Assembly: GCA_048128005.1 (NCBI GenBank)
Contig: JBEUKZ010000054.1
Location: 682,001-746,000, forward strand
DNA length: 64,000 nucleotides
Reading direction: 5' to 3'
Source of the DNA: Veleropilina oligotropha
Taxonomy: Eukaryota
The position numbers and the translations under genes were made by a program. Each line of letters starts with the position of its first letter. Position 1 is the stretch's first letter. Shown piece by piece: positions 60,001 to 64,000 of this stretch. Below the pieces are notes generated by a model. It had not been told where the DNA came from, ran no database searches, and saw only the letters and a program-made list of their open reading frames with translations.

Positions 60001-62784
60001 CGTATTCATTCATCCACATCACCTCCATGATCCAGCATCATATTCATTCATCCACATCACCTCCATGATCCTGCATCGTATTCATTCATCCACATCACCT
60101 CCATGATCCAGCGTCATATTCATTCATCCACATCACCTCCATGATCCAGCATCATATTCATTCATCCACATCACCTCCATGATCCAGCATCATATTCATT
60201 CATCCACATCACCTCCATGATCCAGCATCATATTCATTCATCCACATCACCTCCATGATCCAGCGTCATATTCATTCATCCACATCACCTCCATGATCCA
60301 GCGTCATATTCATTCATCCACATCACCTCCATGATCCAGCATCATATTCATTCATCCACATCACCTCCATGATCCTGCGTCATATTCATTCATCCACATC
60401 ACCTCCATGATCCAGCGTCGCATTCATTCATCCACATCACCTCCATGATTCAGCATCGTATTCATTCATCCACATCACCTCCATGATCCAGCATCGTATT
60501 CATTCATCCACATCACCTCCATGATCCTGCGTCGTATTCATTCATCCACATCACCTCCATGATCCAGCGTCATATTCATTCATCCACATCACCTCCATGA
60601 TCCAGCGTCGTATTCATTCATCCACATCACCTCCATGATCCAGCATCGTATTCACTCATCCACATCACCTCCATGATCCAGCGTCATATTCATTCATCCA
60701 CATCACCTCCATGATCCAGCATCGTATTCATTCATCCACATCACCTCCATGATCCAGCATCGTATTCACTCATCCACATCACCTCCATGATCCAGCGTCG
60801 TATTCATTCATCCACATCACCTCCATGATCCAGCGTCGTATTCATTCATCCACATCACCTCCATGATCCAACGTCATATTCATCCATCCACATCACCTCC
60901 ATGATCCAGCATCATATTCATTCATCCACATCACCTCCATGATCCAGCATCATATTCATTCATCCACATCACCTCCATGATCCTGCGTTGTATTCATTCA
61001 TCCACATCACCTCCATGATCCAGCGTCATATTCATTCATCCACATCACCCACATCACCTCCATGATCCAGCGTCGTATTCATCCATCCACATCACCTCCA
61101 TGATCCTGCGTCGTATTCATTCATCCACATCACCTCCATGATCCAGCATCGTATTCATTCATCCACATCACCTCCATGATCCAGCGTCGTATTCATTCAT
61201 CCACATCACCTCCATGATCCAGTGACGTATTCATTCATCCACATCACCTCCATGATCCAGCGTCATATTCATTCATCCACATCACCTCCATGATCCAGCG
61301 TCATATTCATTCATCCACATCACCTCCATGATCCAGCGTCATATTCATTCATCCACATCACCTCCATGATCCAGCGTCATATTCATTCATCCACATCACC
61401 TCCATGATCCAGCGTCATATTCATTCATCCACATCACCTCCATGATCCAGCGTCATATTCATTCATCCACATCACCTCCATGATTCAGCGTCGTATTCAT
61501 TCATCCACATCACCTCCATGATCCAGCGTCGTATTCATTCATCCACATCACCTCCCATGATCCATCATCATATATTCATTCATCCACATCACCTCCATGA
61601 TCCAGCGTCATATTCATTCATCCACATCACCTCCATGATCCTTGTACAATTGCTTGTTGAAACTAGAAGTTTATCACAGCATGTCTACGTTTAACTTTTT
61701 GGCCTCTGGTGGCAGCCCAATTCTCATTAAGTTACTGAATTCACAGAAGGCGAAGAGTTAATGGTTACAGATTCATGCACACCACTAGTACTCACCAATA
61801 AAATGACCTGTGATTCCGATTATCACCACAGTGGTCACAACAATCGCAATCTTGATGAATAAAAACAGCCTCTGTTGATACTCGTCCTCGAATGTACTCG
61901 ATGTAGCAGCAGTGATCACTGGCGGATCTCCCTCAGAGGTTTGCGCTGGTTTGTTTGAGACACAGCGATTTTCGGTGCTGTCTGTTTTCAAATTAGAATG
62001 AGGCTCTACAGACGTAGCTGCATCATCTAAAAGGGGAATAAAACACCTAGAATAGACAGCACATAACTTGGCCGCATACAACATTTTAACTATCAAGTAT
62101 CGTTGATCAGACCTTTTTTAAATTAGTGATACTATAACAATTGACGTAATAATTTATCTGTGTAGGTCATGACAGGATAATGTCGCTTATCCAAAAAGGA
62201 ATATTAGAAGTAGCGCTTCGCTCGGCCAATTTTAATATTGCTTTTTGTAACTATTCGGCGGTCCGTAGATTAGTGGTTATGATGCATGATCACGATGCTA
62301 GTCATTTGAGGTTGATTCCCGGGAGCGCCGAGAAATTGTCACAGGTATATCTCGTCTACATTGCATACGGTATCTGTCTGTTAAGAAATTGTCACAGGTA
62401 TATCTCGTCTGCATTACATACGGTATTCGTCTGTTGGATCAGACGTTAAGCCGGTGACACCGACTACAGATACGACTGCAATATTGTTAAAATATGACCG
62501 TAAAACTAGATTTATTCAAATACAAATTGTTCGGCCACTTTTTTTGTGCATGCGCAACATGCTTACATACACAATTTCAATATTCCTAAATATCGATTTT
62601 ATTTTATTGTATATCCGCCGTATGAATAGCTACCATGTATTATAAATAGCTATAAACTGACCATCAGCCAGGAAGTTAAACTTGCTGCTGACCGACGAAC
62701 TGGACATCACACTGGATGGCTCGTCCACGTCAGACTGGTCATCTTCCTCAATACAATCCGGTTCCAGGCGAATGAAATCGCAGT
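49296..62784 (-). CDS. CCPG1: Host gene, CCPG1/PBXIP1-like single-pass membrane protein (5' end not located); exons 62784-62662, 62026-61796, 54941-54829, 54039-53727, 51091-49296
   Basis: All five exons have AG/GT boundaries and compatible phases (1-1, 1-1, 1-0, 0-1, 1-stop), giving one open frame. DCDFIRLEP...SSSSVSSKFNF resembles the CCPG1 FIR region; the TM helix ends in GHFIG (compare GHFYG); a coiled coil follows. The gene model is firmer than the family name. Confidence 0.65.
51405..53319. repeat. Intronic minisatellite, 30-bp unit (gcagacacagagggaataacagaagctg(c/a)a)
   Basis: Directly visible; roughly 60 copies with occasional 27-bp variants. Confidence 0.97.
53727..54039 (-). CDS. 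Coiled-coil exon of the host gene
   Basis: gttttcag|ATG ... ATCG|gtgggt, 313 nt, open. Confidence 0.82.
54829..54941 (-). CDS. Short exon of the host gene (GLYFTGNG...EDHQ)
   Basis: tttttgtag| ... CAG|gtaggt, 113 nt, phase fits both neighbours; too short for the ORF track. Confidence 0.72.
55356..61640. repeat. Intronic minisatellite, 38-bp unit (atccagc(a/g)tc(a/g)tattcattcatccacatcacctccatg)
   Basis: Directly visible; about 6.3 kb, about 165 copies. Confidence 0.98.
61796..62026 (-). CDS. TM-encoding exon of the host gene
   Basis: cccttttag| ... ATTG|gtgagt, 231 nt; LFLFIKIAIVVTTVVIIGITGHFIG. Confidence 0.82.
62662..62784 (-). CDS. Acidic/Ser-rich exon of the host gene
   Basis: ccattcag| ... 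GATG|gtcagt, 123 nt. Confidence 0.75.
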
Positions 62785-63618
62785 CTGAATGGACAGAAGT
62801 CAGCATCAACAAACCGAAGAACAACATAAAGTTTGAGATAATTTATAGTAACATTTAATGATCGACTGGGGTGAGAACTTTCTCTAAGACATCATTCGTC
62901 TTTATGTATCCCATTTAACAGCCTTCATGGTAATTCCACGACGTGTCCCTTTTATCGTTGGAGGAAAGGCTGGTGACCTGGGAAAGATGTTCAGTTACAG
63001 ACCACTGCGACCGTATATTCATTCAGCACCATCAATGCAAACAGTACATGTGAATTTGGAGCAACACGCTCATCCACCGGTGCAGCCATGACAAGAAACA
63101 GGAACTTTGCTAGAATATCACATACACATTTTATATAGTTATCTACCTTATGCATGATGAGTCAGCAAAGTTCTAACAAATATAGCTTGATATATAGTTT
63201 ATCAATTCTGCATCCACCGGTCATCCATATGTAACTCATCTTACTTCGCTGGCAAATACATGTATCTGTTGTTATTGTGATGAACCGGTGGATTAACGAT
63301 GCTGTCTGTTATTTACTAATTTGTATTTCATTATGCATATATACGTTTAAACAATATTATATTGTCAGCCAAAATATTTATATTAATTATTGAATATTAT
63401 TAACGGAGGAGATAGCTTTAATAAGTTAGCTTCCTTGTTGCTAAATCCTCTCATTATTCTTATGTAATTTCTTATGTATGTTACTTCTTTAAATAAATAT
63501 TGTTTAAACTAAGAAACAGGAGGGCAACCAGACATGGTAAAATTTTAGATGCCTGAGTCAGTCATAGGTGCCGAGGGAATTGTGAAACTCGCTTCAGGGG
63601 TAGATCACTCCTAAAATT

Positions 63619-64000
63619 TCTGGTACCCAGCAGGGATAACAGAATTACAGGTCTGGTACCCAGCAGGGATAACAGAATTACAGGTCTGGTACCCAGCAGG
63701 GATAACAGAATTACAGGTCTGGTACCCAGCAGGGATAACAGAATTACAGGTCTGGTACCCAGCAGGGATAACAGAATTACAAGTCTGGTACCCAGCAGGG
63801 ATAACAGAATTACAAGTCTGGTACCCAGCAGGGATAACAGAATTACAGGTCTGGTACCCAGCAGGGATAACAGAATTACAGGTCTGGTACCCAGCAGGGA
63901 TAACAGAATTACAGGTCTGGTACCCAGCAGGGATAACAGAATTACAGGTCTGGTACCCAGCAGGGATAACAGAATTACAGTTCTGGTACCCAGCAGGGAT
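63619..64000. repeat. Minisatellite, 33-bp unit (tctggtacccagcagggataacagaattacagg), runs off the window
   Basis: Directly visible. Confidence 0.97.

Noticed and set aside
55356..61640. CRISPR-like regular repeat array
   Set aside because: Units are contiguous with no unique spacers, there are no cas genes, and the context is a eukaryotic intron.

Overview
Repeat-rich, AT-rich eukaryotic DNA, probably from an invertebrate animal (inferred from spliceosomal introns, Tc1/maT elements and a tRNA-derived SINE). The centre of the window holds two related, GC-rich, full-length endogenous Polinton-like viruses in the same orientation, about 2.5 kb apart. Element A is 9235-25150 (TSD GAAGG) and element B is 27685-43188 (TSD TCCTG). 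Each has terminal inverted repeats, a retroviral-type DDE integrase, an A32/FtsK-like packaging ATPase, and candidate major and minor jelly-roll capsid proteins. They differ from canonical animal Mavericks/Polintons in several ways: the replicase is one degenerate-PolB + SF1 helicase + HNH fusion, no adenain protease is visible, the TSD is 5 bp, and there are about seven predicted membrane or secreted proteins, one starting with adjacent PSAP and LYPxL late-domain motifs. The two copies share a near-identical structural module but have strongly diverged replicase, integrase and TIR modules. The flanks contain decayed maT (DD37D) and Tc1 (DD34E) transposons, LINE fragments, MITEs, a SINE and large minisatellites, plus five spliced exons of a minus-strand CCPG1/PBXIP1-like host gene. 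All protein assignments come from motif recognition by eye; no database searches were run.
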